DNA from: an uncultured Actinomycetes bacterium
GTDB taxonomy: Bacteria > Actinomycetota > Acidimicrobiia > Acidimicrobiales > AC-9
DNA: 64,000 bases
NCBI GenBank assembly: GCA_963731255.1
Contig: CAVSUO010000008.1
Coordinates: 304,090-368,089, forward strand
Direction: 5' to 3'
Each line of letters opens with the position of its first letter. The stretch's first letter is position 1. Made by a program: the position numbers and the translations under genes. Positions 51,780 through 62,498 of this stretch are shown piece after piece. The notes beneath the pieces are model-generated. The model ran no database searches, had not been told where the DNA came from, and saw only the letters and a program-made list of their open reading frames with translations.

Positions 51780-53675
51780 GTGATCCAGCATCACTCCAAC
51801 CCACCGAAGCCCGGCCCGCCGACGGACCCGCCGAAGCGCCCGGTGCCACCACCGCCTCCTCGCTGGCGGATCTGGTTCCTCGTGGTCGGCATCGTCGCCA
51901 CCGTCGGCCTGCTCTTCATACCGGCCATGGGCAGCGCCCCACCGGTCTCCAACCTCAACTATTCGACCTTCGTCGACAAGGTCAACGCCAACCAGGTGTC
52001 CACGGCCACCATCGACCCCAACGGCAAGGTCACCGGCCAGTTGAAGGGGAATGCCGGCCAGCACTACAGCTCCCAGATACCGCTGGCTCTCGGCAACAAC
52101 CAGCTGGCGCCCACCCTCCAGGCCCACGGCGTGGCCATCACGGGTGTGGGCCCAAGCAGCTCGGTGCTGCCCACGATCCTGTCCTTCCTGCCGTTCGTCC
52201 TCTTCCTCGGCCTGTTCCTGCTCCTGGGTCGGCGCTCGGCCCGGGCGGCGGGCGGGATCATGGGGATCGGCAGCTCCCGCGCCAAGCTCTACGACGAGGA
52301 GCGACCTCCGACCAGGTTCGCCGACGTGGCCGGCTACGAAGGGGTCAAGCAGGAGGTGAGCGAGGTCGTCGACTTCCTCACCCACCCCGACCGCTACTCC
52401 CGCGCCGGCGCCATCGGACCCAGGGGGGTGCTCATGGTCGGGCCCCCCGGTACGGGCAAGACGCTCCTGGCCCGGGCGGTGGCGGGGGAGGCCGAGGTGC
52501 CGTTCTTCGCCATCACCGGCTCGAGCTTTGTCGAGCTGTTCGTGGGCGTGGGGGCGTCCCGGGTCCGGGACCTGTTCGCCACCGCTCGCAAGCGGGCGCC
52601 ATCGATCATCTTCATCGACGAGATCGACGCCATCGGCGGCAAGCGTGGAGCCGCGCTGTTCGCGTCCAACGACGAGCGGGAGCAGACCCTGAACCAGCTC
52701 CTCGCCGAGATGGACGGGTTCGACCCGGCCACCGGGGTGGTCGTCATGGCCGCCACCAACCGCCCCGAGACCCTCGATCCCGCCCTGCTGCGCCCCGGCC
52801 GCTTCGACCGGACGGTCGAGATCCCCCTGCCCAACCGGGCCGAGCGGGCCAAGATCCTGGCCGTGCACACCAAGGGGCGGAGGCTGGCGCCCGATGTCGA
52901 CCTCGGCGTCGTGGCCGGGCTGACACCCGGGTTCTCCGGTGCGGACCTCGCCAATCTGGTCAACGAGGCCGCCATCGTGGCCGTGCGGGCCGACCGGGAG
53001 GTGATCGCCGCCGCCGACTTCTCCGAGGCCCGCGATCGAATCCTGCTCGGCCGCCGCGACGCGTCCAACGCCCTGCTCCCCGACGAGAAGCGCTCGGTCG
53101 CGGTGCACGAGGGTGGGCACGCCCTGGTGGCCGTGTTGTCCCCCCATGCCGACCCCGTCGCCAAGGTCACGATCCTTCCGTCGGGCATGGCCCTCGGGGT
53201 CACCGAGCAGCTCCCGGTCGACGAGCGCCACCTCTATCCCGAGAGCTACCTGCTCGATTCGCTGGCCGTCCGCCTCGGTGGCCGGGCTGGCGAGCTGCTC
53301 GTGCTGGGCGAGGCCTCGAGTGGGGCGAGCAACGACCTCGCCGGCGCCACCGAGCTGGCGACCCGGATGATCCGCGACTTCGGCATGAGCGATCGGCTGG
53401 GGCCCGTCGGCTTCTCCTCGCCGGCTCCCAACTACCTCGGCCCCGACGGTCGAGGCCGGCCGTACGCAGAGGGCACCCAACAGCTGATCGACGAGGAGGT
53501 GGCCCGGCTACTGCGCCAGGCCGAGCAGCGGGCGACCCGGCTGCTGACCGAGCACCGCTCTGCGCTCGACCGGGTGGTCGACCTGCTCCTCGAACGAGAG
53601 ACGATCGACGGGCGCGACGTCGAGGCCGCCGTCGCCACACCGGGACGTCAGCCAGCTCGAGCCGGCACCGGCTGA
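51780..53675 (+). CDS. ftsH: ATP-dependent zinc metalloprotease FtsH
   Basis: N-terminal TM helices, [11 protein letters not shown] (Walker A), IIFIDEID (Walker B) and HEGGHA (zinc site). Confidence 0.95.
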   Translation: MIQHHSNPPKPGPPTDPPKRPVPPPPPRWRIWFLVVGIVATVGLLFIPAMGSAPPVSNLNYSTFVDKVNANQVSTATIDPNGKVTGQLKGNAGQHYSSQIPLALGNNQLAPTLQAHGVAITGVGPSSSVLPTILSFLPFVLFLGLFLLLGRRSARAAGGIMGIGSSRAKLYDEERPPTRFADVAGYEGVKQEVSEVVDFLTHPDRYSRAGAIGPRGVLMVGPPGTGKTLLARAVAGEAEVPFFAITGSSFVELFVGVGASRVRDLFATARKRAPSIIFIDEIDAIGGKRGAALFASNDEREQTLNQLLAEMDGFDPATGVVVMAATNRPETLDPALLRPGRFDRTVEIPLPNRAERAKILAVHTKGRRLAPDVDLGVVAGLTPGFSGADLANLVNEAAIVAVRADREVIAAADFSEARDRILLGRRDASNALLPDEKRSVAVHEGGHALVAVLSPHADPVAKVTILPSGMALGVTEQLPVDERHLYPESYLLDSLAVRLGGRAGELLVLGEASSGASNDLAGATELATRMIRDFGMSDRLGPVGFSSPAPNYLGPDGRGRPYAEGTQQLIDEEVARLLRQAEQRATRLLTEHRSALDRVVDLLLERETIDGRDVEAAVATPGRQPARAGTG

Positions 53676-53965
53676 CGAGCCGTATCGGCGGGCGCCGAGC
53701 CGGCTCCGTCGTCATCGGCACCGCGGTCGTCGCGAACGTCGTCGTCCGCGACAGCATCGTCTGCCAGCTCGTCGTCGGGCTCATCCTCGGGCTCGCTGCT
53801 GAGGTCGGTCCACCCCGCCCCCGGCTCCGCGCTCCACTGGACCCGGCGGTGTTTCGGGCCGCCGCTCACGGTGAGCCGACCGCACGAGCACGTCCGCACG
53901 TCCCAGGGATGGCTGGAGTCAATGATGTCCCCGCAGACGTCGCAGCGGGCCCGCGACCCGGTCAC
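53648..53965 (-). CDS. Small zinc-ribbon-like protein with an acidic tail, translationally coupled to clpP
   Basis: CDVCG...CSCG cysteine pairs, then an Asp/Glu-rich C-terminus. GTG 53965 overlaps the clpP stop (GTGA). The 3' end overlaps the convergent ftsH by 28 nt. Confidence 0.5.
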   Translation of the reverse strand: MTGSRARCDVCGDIIDSSHPWDVRTCSCGRLTVSGGPKHRRVQWSAEPGAGWTDLSSEPEDEPDDELADDAVADDDVRDDRGADDDGAGSAPADTARQPVPARAG

Positions 53966-54591
53966 GACGCCGCGGCCGCTGCCAGCGCGGCCACGCCCCG
54001 CCGGGGGGCGATGATGTCGTCGACGATGCCGTAGGCCAGAGCTTCCTCCGCCGTCATGTAGAAGTCGCGGTCGATGTCGCGTTCGACCCGCTCGATCGGC
54101 TGATGGGTGTGGTGGGCGAGGATCTGGGCCATGCGCCTGGTGGTCGCCAGCGCCTCCTGGAGCTGTATCTCCATGTCGCGTGGCGCTCCACGGGCCCCGC
54201 CCGATCCCTGGTGGATCATGACCTTGGAGCTCGGTAGGGCCGAGCGCTTGCCGGCGGCGCCGCCGGCGAGGATCATGGCCGCCGCCGACATGCCCATGCC
54301 GACGCAGATGGTGGCCACGTCGCAGTGGACGTGCTGCATCACGTCGTAGATGGCCATCCCCGCGTACGCGAGGCCGCCGGGCGAGTTGATGTACAGGTAG
54401 ATGTCCTTGTCGGGGTTCTCGGCGTCGAGGTAGAGGATCTCGGCGATCAGGAGGTTGGCGATCTGGTCGTCGACCTCCTGACCGAGGAAGACGATCCGTT
54501 CGCGCAGAAGGAGCGAGTAGATGTCGAATGCCCGCTCGCCGCGCGGCCCGCTGTCGAGCACCGTGGGGATGAGGGAGTGATAGGACGCCAT
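53962..54591 (-). CDS. clpP: ClpP family serine protease subunit (triad positions retained)
   Basis: YINSPGG, GMGMSAAAMIL (Ser aligned with the ClpP nucleophile), MIHQ (His) and ERDIDRDFY (Asp). ATG 54591 is preferred; the ORF track start is 54648. Confidence 0.8.
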   Translation of the reverse strand: MASYHSLIPTVLDSGPRGERAFDIYSLLLRERIVFLGQEVDDQIANLLIAEILYLDAENPDKDIYLYINSPGGLAYAGMAIYDVMQHVHCDVATICVGMGMSAAAMILAGGAAGKRSALPSSKVMIHQGSGGARGAPRDMEIQLQEALATTRRMAQILAHHTHQPIERVERDIDRDFYMTAEEALAYGIVDDIIAPRRGVAALAAAAAS

Positions 54592-54716
54592 GGCCACCTC
54601 GCTTCCGTCGTGTTCCAGCGCCTGACCGCCGGCGTCTATACCATACATGCGATATTACCAACGAGTTATCATCGTTGACATGAGCGGACCTCGTCCGGAC
54701 GTGTCGCAGTGCCCCG

Positions 54717-55055
54717 GTGGCCGGTTCTCGACAGATGGGTGAGCGCAGGCACGATCGCTACCTGCCCGGCTTCGGCGACGTGGCCCGGCGCCGACAGGCG
54801 CTGGCCGAGGCCCTGGTGGCCCGGCGCGTGGCGGTCGGCCTCTCCCAGACCGAGGTTGCGGCCCGCATGGGAACGTCGCAGTCGGCCGTCGCCCGCCTCG
54901 AGTCGGGCCAGGGCGACGTGCGCCTCTCGAGCCTCGAGCGCTATGCCGCCGCCGTCGACCAGGTCATCGACTGGCGACTGGGTGGGCCTGAGGACGCGGA
55001 AGCCGGGCCGGCGACCGGGCTGGCTCCTCCCGCCCGCGGGGACGACGTCGGATGA
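54717..55055 (+). CDS. XRE family helix-turn-helix regulator
   Basis: LSQTEVAARMGTSQSAVARLESGQ. The stop overlaps the ATG of the next gene (ATGA). The alternative start is ATG 54735. Confidence 0.8.
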   Translation: MAGSRQMGERRHDRYLPGFGDVARRRQALAEALVARRVAVGLSQTEVAARMGTSQSAVARLESGQGDVRLSSLERYAAAVDQVIDWRLGGPEDAEAGPATGLAPPARGDDVG

Positions 55056-55603
55056 CCGGGATCTTTCCGTCCGGGGACCCCCGGCTGTCGGCCGAGCGGG
55101 CGTTGCTCGACCGGAGGATCATCCTGCTCAGCGGCAGGATCGACCATCAGCGGGCGAGCGACGCGGCGGCCACGATGATGACCCTGGACGCCCTCGGCGA
55201 CGATCCGGTCGAGCTGCGGCTGAATGCCGAGTCCGACTCGCTCGACGTCGCCTTCGCCCTCATCGACACCATCGACGTGCTCGGCGTGCACGTCACCGCG
55301 ACGGTCGCCAGCACGGTGGGCGGGACCATGGCGGGTGTGCTCGCCGTCTGCAGTCACCGTCGGATCGGAGCCCTCGGCCGGATCCACCTCCGCGAGCCGA
55401 CCGCCGACTTCTCGGGTCCGGCGACCGATCTGCAGCGGCGGGCCACCGCTCTGGAGGCCCGCGTGCTGCTGTACGTCCGCCGCCTGGCGGAGGCGACCCG
55501 CCAGCCCTTCGAGCACGTCGAGGCGGACCTGCGCCTCGGGCGGCACCTCTCGGCCGAGACCGCCCTCGGCTACGGCATCGTCGACGAGATCGTCGGACCG
55601 TAG
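55052..55603 (+). CDS. Divergent ClpP-like protein (ClpR-like; oxyanion and Asp positions appear substituted)
   Basis: By manual alignment to ClpP, YINSPGG corresponds to RLNAESDS, the Ser and His positions are plausibly kept (VASTVGG, RIHLREP), and the catalytic Asp position reads Gly (DLRLGRHLS). GYGIVDEIV is the typical ClpP C-terminal motif. Confidence 0.65.
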   Translation: MTGIFPSGDPRLSAERALLDRRIILLSGRIDHQRASDAAATMMTLDALGDDPVELRLNAESDSLDVAFALIDTIDVLGVHVTATVASTVGGTMAGVLAVCSHRRIGALGRIHLREPTADFSGPATDLQRRATALEARVLLYVRRLAEATRQPFEHVEADLRLGRHLSAETALGYGIVDEIVGP

Positions 55604-55643
55604 CCCCCCCGGACGAGGGACCCCCGGGGGCCCCGGGCGGCGC

Positions 55644-55865
55644 CTAGTCCCGGGGGCGCAGGTCGATGCGCAGCGTGAGGATGCCGTCCTCCAGCTTCCC
55701 CTCGGCGTCGCCGAGCATGGCGAAGTCCATGAAGTCACGCTGGGCCTGTTCGGCGAAGCGCCGACGCTCGGGGCCCTCGACGGGCGGGAGGCCCCGATTT
55801 CGCACCGCCACGGCCCGCTGCCGGAAACGCTCTATCATGGCTTGAACATCAAGCTCTTCGGGCAT
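55644..55865 (-). CDS. Small hypothetical protein (73 aa)
   Basis: Read from ATG 55865 (MPEELDVQAMIERF...). The longer ORF track start at 55958 is less likely. Confidence 0.4.
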   Translation of the reverse strand: MPEELDVQAMIERFRQRAVAVRNRGLPPVEGPERRRFAEQAQRDFMDFAMLGDAEGKLEDGILTLRIDLRPRD

Positions 55866-55971
55866 CGCGGCAGACCCTAGCCAGTTTCGTGGGCGGTTCC
55901 GTAGGAGCTTGGTCGCGGCGACGGCGGGGTACACTGTCGCCACAGCACCTGTCGACACCTGGGAGCGGCTC

Positions 55972-56157
55972 GTGAAGAAGGGACGTCACCGGCGCTTCGA
56001 AGAGGCACGCACGTTGAAGCTCGGACAGCAGGGTCAAACCACGGTGCGTGACGCGGACGGCGCCGCAGAGCAGTGCCCGGAGTGCGGAGCCGAGGCCGGG
56101 AAGGGACACGCGTCCTGGTGCCTGGCCGAGGCCGAGGAGCTCGACGAGGAAGCCTGA
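55972..56157 (+). CDS. Small basic/acidic protein with a CPECG...HASWC motif (61 aa)
   Basis: GTG 55972 lies 6 nt after GGGAG. The N-terminus KKGRHRRFEEAR is basic and the C-terminus is acidic. Confidence 0.4.
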   Translation: MKKGRHRRFEEARTLKLGQQGQTTVRDADGAAEQCPECGAEAGKGHASWCLAEAEELDEEA

Positions 56158-56200
56158 CGCCGCCGGTCCGACAGTGCCGCGGCGCCGGCTCGGCCGATGC

Positions 56201-56966
56201 TCAGCGGCGGCGAACGGCGGGGTGGGGCACCGGTACAGCCGGGTAGGCGCTGCCGTTGAAGTAGCGGTCGGTGAGGTAGCGGCTCACCCGATCGTAGGGA
56301 TCCCGCCCGACCAGGGCGATGAGCTCGTCGCGCAGGGTGCGGAACACCGGCTCCGAGCCGACGAACGCGTCCGGGGCCTCGGTGCACCACCAGTGGAACT
56401 CGGCGCCTCCTGCTCCCCAGTGACGGCGCTCCCACTGCCCGACGGTCGTGGTCACGTGACCGTCGTCGTCGGCGTCGTCCTCGAGTCGCAGCGGCAACTG
56501 CCAGCACACGTTGGGCTTCAGGTCCATCGGAGACCGGTGCTGCTCCACGGCGGCGAGGTGCAGCGCACAGCCGGCGCCCCCCGGGAACCCCGGACCGGTT
56601 CAAGAAGACGCAGGCCCCGTCGACGATCCTCGTGGCCAGGTCGCCCGACTTTGTGCGCTTGAGCGGACCAGACCGCGCTCGATGGGCGAGCTGCCACTGG
56701 TCAGGTCCGAGCGTGGCCGCCGCCCGCTCCACGCGCGCCGCGTCCTCGTCGTCAGTGAAGTGGGCGCCGTACGAGCAGCACCCCTGGCCGAGCTCGGGGG
56801 CGGCCTCGGTGAGCACGCCCTGGCACCCCCGTCCGAAGATGCAGGTCCACGAGCTCAGCAGGAAGGTGACGTCGAAGACCCACGTCCGGTCCTCGTCGGG
56901 ATCCTCGAAGCTCACCCACTCGTGCAGGCCGTCCGGATACTGGTCCTTGCGTCTCGACCGCGACAT
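56201..56966 (-). pseudogene. Conserved Cys-rich protein (YkgJ / CxxCxxCC-like), one frameshift at about 56580
   Basis: WTCIFGRGCQG, GCCSYGAHF and DGACVFLN are in ORF 56034..57044. KPNVCWQLPLRLE is in ORF 56201..56548. Confidence 0.55.
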
Positions 56967-57113
56967 CACGGCCACGGTAGTCGTGACGTCCGCCTGTCGG
57001 CGGGATCCGCGTCGATTTCTCCGCCTCGTCGACGTGCTCGCCACTTTCGACGCAATGTGGAACCGGAGGACGACACGAGCGCGCCGGGGCCGATGGGGAA
57101 CCCCTCCGGTCCG

Positions 57114-58567
57114 TCAGTCGGACATCTGGCCCAGCGGTCCGAGCTGCCCGGCCGTCGGCTCGGCGCAGCAGAACCAGGGCTCGGTCAGGCGAGGCCGTCC
57201 TTCCCCGGCTCCTGCGGCGACCAGCACCGGCGCGCGCATCCGTCGTCGGAGTCGGCACCCATCGCCTCGGCGGTGGCCCGTCGGATCCGCAGGTAGGTGG
57301 TCCCGGCGGCCTCACCGGTCGCCGCCGCCTCCTCGGCGATCGAGGCCAGCCGGGCCTGCAGGGCGTCCACCCGGGCGTCAGGCGACAGCCACGCGTAGCT
57401 CAGCAGCTCAGGGTCGTAGGGTCCGAGCGGACAGCTGGTCGTCGCCGAGCAGGAGCGAGCCCTGGGGCACGAGCAGCCTGATGCTGTACTGGACCGGGTC
57501 GACGTTGGGGACGAGATCGTGGCGGGCGACGAAGTCCACGATGTCGGCCACGTCCTGCAGCGACGTCCACGGGCGTGAAGGGCAGCCAGGACGGGCGCGA
57601 TCTCGATCCCGTGGGCCCGCAGGATCTCCACCGCCTCGGCGGCCTGGGCGGCGGTGTGGCCCTTGTCCAGCCGGGCGAGGATGTCGTCGTTCAGGCTCTC
57701 GAACGCCGACACCACGAACAGGCACCCGGCCGCCGCCATCTCCCTCCAGATCCCGCGGTGGGCGAGGATGTGCTCCACCTTCGTCGTGCAGTCGAAGGTC
57801 AGCTGCGGGAAGCGCTCGTGGACCGCACGCACGACCCTGAGCGAATGATGTGGTCCGTTGAGGAAGTCGGGGTCCCCGAAGGTGATGTGGCGGGCGCCAC
57901 TGGCCACCAGGCCGGCGACGTCGGCCACGACGACGTCCTCGCCGACGAGCCGGGTGCGGCCGTCGTAGACGACGGGTACGGGGCAGTGTCGACAGCGGTG
58001 GGCGCAGCCGTGGCTGGCCTCCACGTAGCCGACCGTGCGTTCCTCGCCCCCGACGGCGAGGCGGGCGTAGCTGCTCGAGGGGAGGGAGAAGGTCGCGGGC
58101 GGGCGGGGAGAACCGGCCTCGCCCCAGCTCGAGGCTGACCGTCGCCGCCGTTGGCGACAGGCGCGCCGATTGGCCCGTCATCCCCCGCCAGCTGGTTGAC
58201 CCAGTCCACGAGGGCGGGCTCGTACTCCCCGGCGATGGCGCGGTCGGCGAGGCTGGCGACGCTGGGGTCGTCAGCCATCGGCGCGTACAGGCCGTAGAAG
58301 CACAGCGGCAGCTCGGGGCGGCGTCGTCGCACGGCATCGGGCGGCAGTGGCGGCCAGGCGCATGGCCGTGTGCATGGGGACGGAGAAGGCCACCGCCTCG
58401 GCCCAGTCCACGGCCTCGGGCCCGAGCTCGTCCCATCGCTGCACGGACAGGTCCAGACAGCGGGGCTCGTGGCCGGCGCGCGCCAGCGCCGCCGCGGGGG
58501 AGGCGACGTGGAGCGGCTGGTGACCCAGCTCGTAGGTCGACACGAGCAGCACCCGCACACCGCCCAC
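57114..58567 (-). pseudogene. Radical SAM protein of the CUAEP/CCAEP-tail type, frame-disrupted several times
   Basis: N-terminal VRVLLVSTYELGHQP (B12-binding-like) is in ORF 58271..58876. EASHGCAHRCRHCPV (CxxxCxxC) is in ORF 57185..58024. The tail PWFCCAEPTAGQLGPL is readable only in a third frame (CCAEP at 57156-57170, stop at 57114-57116). Confidence 0.7.
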
Positions 58568-58568
58568 G

Positions 58569-59830
58569 CTAACCGTCACCCTCCTCGTCTTCGACGATCG
58601 CGCACCTCGAGCTTGGCCGTGAGCCTGGCGGAGGGTCGCCTCGACCTCCTCGGGCGTGTCGCGCCTTGGCGAACAGGAAGCCGAGGTACCGGTCCCCCTC
58701 GGGGAGCGGACGCACCCTCCGGCCCGGCGCGATGGAGATGTCCAGGCCCGTGATGCCCGGCACCTGTCGGCGCCCGGTCCTGGCCGCCGACGGCCGCCAG
58801 GCGGCCCTCGGCGGCGGATCGGGAGCATCATGACCCCGGCGGCCTGTCGCTCCCGTGCGAGCCCGTCGAGAGGCATGCCGAGGGCATGGGCGCACGATCA
58901 GCTGCTCGAGGCTGACGCCGACCCCGAACGAGAGGGCGCGGGAGCACAGGCCGCCGATGGAGCGGGCCGCCACCTCGATCAGCCACGCCGCTGCTCCGTC
59001 GGTGCGCAGCTCGGCGTGGACCGGGCCTCTCGACCAGTCCCATGGCGGCGCAGGCCTCGGCCGCCGTCCGCTCCACCGCGGCGACAGCGGCCTGCGGCAG
59101 GCGGGACGGCGTGACGTAGATCGTCTCCTCGAAGTAGGGCCCCTCGAGCGGATCCGGCTTGTCGAACACGGCCAGGGTCTCGAGCAGCCCCACCACGGAG
59201 CAGGCCCTCGACGGGCACCTCGGCGCCGGGCACGTAGGCCTCCACGAGGAGCGGCCGGCTGGGGTCCTCACCGGCGTCGGCGAGGATGGCCCGGACCCGG
59301 TCGCCGGCCAGCTTCGCTCCAGCCGCGTCGTCGGCCCTGATGACGCCGCGGCTGGCGGACAGCGACGGTGGGCTTGATCACGCACGGAAAGCCGACCGTC
59401 GCCGGCCACCTCGGCGACATCCTCGTCGACGGCGACGCTGGCGAAGCGGGGCTGGCGGGACGCCGGCCGCCGCCAGGCGTCGCGCATGGCCAGCTTGTCT
59501 CTGGTCGCCATCACCGCCTCCGGCGGGTTGTGGGGCAGGCCCAGGCGGCTCGCGGCCAGGGCCGCGGCCAGCACGCCCTGGTCGTCGACGGCGACGATGC
59601 CGTCGATCCGGCGCCGGCGGGAGCAGGGCCACGATGGCTGCCGGCCGCCGCGTCTGGGCGTCGCAGGTCGATCTGGAGGAACCGGTCCTCCATGGTCGTC
59701 GGCCAGCACCTGCGGGCGCTCCGAGGCCACCACCACCTCGGCGCCCAGCCTGGGCGGCGGCGGCCAGAAAGTCGGCGGCCCGGTAGGTGGCGGTGGGAAG
59801 GATCAGGAGAAGGCGGGCCACGGACCTATC
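58569..59830 (-). pseudogene. ATP-grasp domain protein, heavily frame-disrupted, immediately upstream of the radical SAM gene
   Basis: VARLLLILPTATYRAADFL (ORF 59378..59932), IDGIVAVDDQGVLAAALAASRLGLPHN and DKPDPLEGPYFEETIYVTPS (ORF 58828..59736), and SIGGLCSRALSFGVGVSLEQLIV (ORF 58569..58973). The TAG stop lies 1 nt before the rSAM GTG. Confidence 0.65.
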
Positions 59831-59913
59831 ATGTTCCTGTGCCCATGGCCGGGGTCCACGGCCTGAACGAGACCGACGACATCTCAGGCGAGGGTACCGT
59901 CGGGGGTGAGGAT

Positions 59914-60573
59914 ATGAGCTCGCAGCAGACACCTGAGTTCCAGCCCGTGCTGAAGGTCAGCGACCGGGCTCGCGGCATGGTGCTCGATGTCCGGGCGATC
60001 GGAGACCGACGGGGATCGGCTGGCCCTGTGGCTGGAGGTCAGCGGGGTCGCCGGCTCGAACTACACCTACGACATGTACTTCGAGGCGGCGGCGGACGCC
60101 GGACCCGACGACCTGGTGCAGCACGACGACGAGCTGACGGTCGTCATCCCCGAGGCGAGCGTGGACAAGATCCGCGGCGCCACGCTCGACGTGAGCGGCG
60201 CCGGGGACGATGCGGGCATGGTGATCATCAACCCCAACACCCCGCCCTCCCACGGGCAGCCCGGCCATGGGCGACAGGCCCGCCGGCGGACCTGAGCGGG
60301 GACGTCGCCCAGCGGGTGGTCGCCGTGCTCGACGCCCAGATCAACCCGAGCATCGCCGCCCACGGAGGCCGGGCCGACCTGGTGGCCGTCGAGGACGCGA
60401 CCGCCTACCTCCGGCTGAGCGGCGGGTGCCAGGGATGCGGGCTGGCCAAGGTCACGCTCAGCCAGGGCATCGAGGTGGCGATCACCGACGCCATCCCCGA
60501 GGTGACGTCGGTCGTCGACGTGACCGACCACGCCAGCGGAGACAACCCCTACTACGAGCCGGCCAAGAAATAA
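59914..60573 (+). pseudogene. Nfu/NifU-C-terminal-domain Fe-S scaffold-like protein with a HesB/IscA-like N-terminus, two compensating frameshifts
   Basis: The N- and C-termini are in ORF 59368..60573 (INPSIAAHGGRADLV, SGGCQGCG) and the middle (LALWLEVSGVAGSNYTYDMYF) is in ORF 59987..60295. Confidence 0.7.
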
Positions 60574-60635
60574 GTTAGTACGGGCACGTCGTCGCCCGCA
60601 CAACACGGCCTCGACCGGGGTCCTAGTCTTGACCG

Positions 60636-61825
60636 GTGGTTCTGTCTGTGGCGGTCAGACGCCACCGTCTCATCGTTCTGCTCGGGCTCGTTCTCGCTCT
60701 CCTGTCGGCCGGTCCTGCCGGGGCTCGGTCGGCGGTCGCCGCCGTGCCCCCGCCTGCGCCCGCCGCCGCCCGGCACGCCCCCTCCGGGTACGCCGGGACT
60801 GCCTCCTCCTGCAGGTCCGGCGGCGTGGGTCGTCGTGGACGCCGACACCGGTAACGTCATCAACGCCGCCAACGATCACATCGGGATGCGGCCGGCCAGC
60901 ATCAGCAAGGTGTTGACGGCCATCGTCGCCGTTCAGCACCTGCCCTCGAACAGCGTGGTCCCCGTCAGCCCCGTCGCCCAGGGCACCGAGTCGGTCAATC
61001 TGGGTCTCAAGGTGGGGCAGGTGTGGGCGTTCACCGACATCCTCCACGCCATGCTCATGCTGTCGGCCAACGACGCGGCGCACGGCGCTGGCCGAGCGGG
61101 TGAGCGGCACCCGCGAGGCGTTCGGGGCCGAGATGCAGCGCACGGGCGCCGACCTTCACCTGGTCGACCATCCGGTCCTCCGTGACCCCGCTGGGCTCGA
61201 CGACCAGTTCTCCGTCCAGGGAGGAAACGTCATCTCCGCCTACGACCTGGCCATCATCGCCCGGACGGCGTTGGCGATCCCCGATATCCGCCAGATCGTC
61301 GATCTGCCGGAGTACCGGTTCACGGCACCCGACGGGGTGGTCCACGTGATCCGCAACGTCGACCGTGGGCTGGAGCTGTACCCAGGAGCCATCGGCATCA
61401 AGACCGGCTACACCAAGGCGGCCGGGAACACCTTCATGGCGGCGGCGACGCGTGACGGGCGCACGATGGTGGCGGTCGTCCTCCAGTCTCCCGACATCTA
61501 CCGCTCGGCGACTGCGCTCCTCGACCTAGGTTTCGCCACGCCGGTCACCAGGGAGTCGCGGGTCGACCACCTGCCTGCCATCTCGACGCAGGTCCCTGCG
61601 CCGACGGCCACCACCACGCCCAGCTCGGGGACACGCAACGCCCCGGCGGTCTCGCCGCCGCTCGGCCGCACGGCGCGGGACTCCTCGACGGCTGGTTCCG
61701 CGACGTCGTCGTGGCCGTGGCCGCCGTCCTGTTGGTGCTCGCCGCCGTCGTCGTGGCCCTCCGAAGGCGCGGTCGTGCGCCGGCGGCGGAGCCGCTACGG
61801 GTCGTTGGCGACTCGGCGCCACTAA
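60636..61825 (+). pseudogene. D-alanyl-D-alanine carboxypeptidase (peptidase S11, PBP5-like), frame-disrupted
   Basis: Signal peptide (ORF 60636), SxxK ASISK and SxN SAND (ORF 60835), KTG IKTGYT (ORF 61100), and a C-terminal TM anchor in yet another frame (ORF 61711). Confidence 0.75.
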
Positions 61826-61834
61826 CGTTCGGCG

Positions 61835-62450
61835 GTGGCCGCGTTGCTGGTGGGCGCTTGTGCCGCGGGTGGGCTTGGTGCCGGGTCCCTCGTGCGCCTG
61901 GGCCGGCCGTTCACCGAGCTCTCGACTGCCGCCCTGTTCGCGGCCGCTGGCCTCCGGTTCGGCTTCGACGCCGTCCTCCCCGCCTACTGCCTCTTCTTCG
62001 CCGCCCTCGTGGCGGTGGCAGCGCTCGACGTCGAGCACCGCGTGGTCCCCAATCGGGTCCTTCGCCCGGCATTGGTGCTGACGGTCGTGCTGCTCGGCGG
62101 GGCGGCGATCGCCGAGGCGGCCGGTCGCGCTGCGCTCGACTCCGTCGTCGGAGGCCTGGTGGCGTTCGCCGCCCTCGGCCTGGTGCACCTGGTCCAACCC
62201 CGGGGGATGGGCTTCGGCGATGTCCGGCTCGCCGGCTTCATCGGGCTGTACCTGGGCTGGCTCGGCCTTGGCTACGTCGCGACGTGGACTGCTTCTCGGC
62301 TTCCTCCTGGCGGTGGTCGCCGGGGTCGTCCTGATGGTGGTGACCGACAGCGGCCTCATGGCGCGGCTGCCGTTCGCTCCCTTTCTCGGCGCCGGGGCCG
62401 TGCTCGTCGTGCTCTGGGGCGCTCCGCTCACACGCGCCTGGTCGGGCTGA
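61835..62450 (+). pseudogene. Prepilin (type IV leader) peptidase, A24 family, one frameshift at about 62285
   Basis: Polytopic membrane protein. GMGFGDVRLAGFIGLYLGW is in ORF 61835 and LPFAPFLGAGAVL is in ORF 62220. Confidence 0.7.
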
Positions 62451-62498
62451 ACTCCCGAGCCGGCGCTGCGAGAGGGGCCCCCCGGTAGATTGGGTCTC

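Noticed and set aside
57156-57170. Possible selenocysteine recoding in the radical SAM tail (CUAEP variant).
   Set aside because: The codons are TGC TGC (Cys-Cys), not TGC TGA, and I saw no SECIS-like hairpin requirement. The frame change is more simply one of many local indels.
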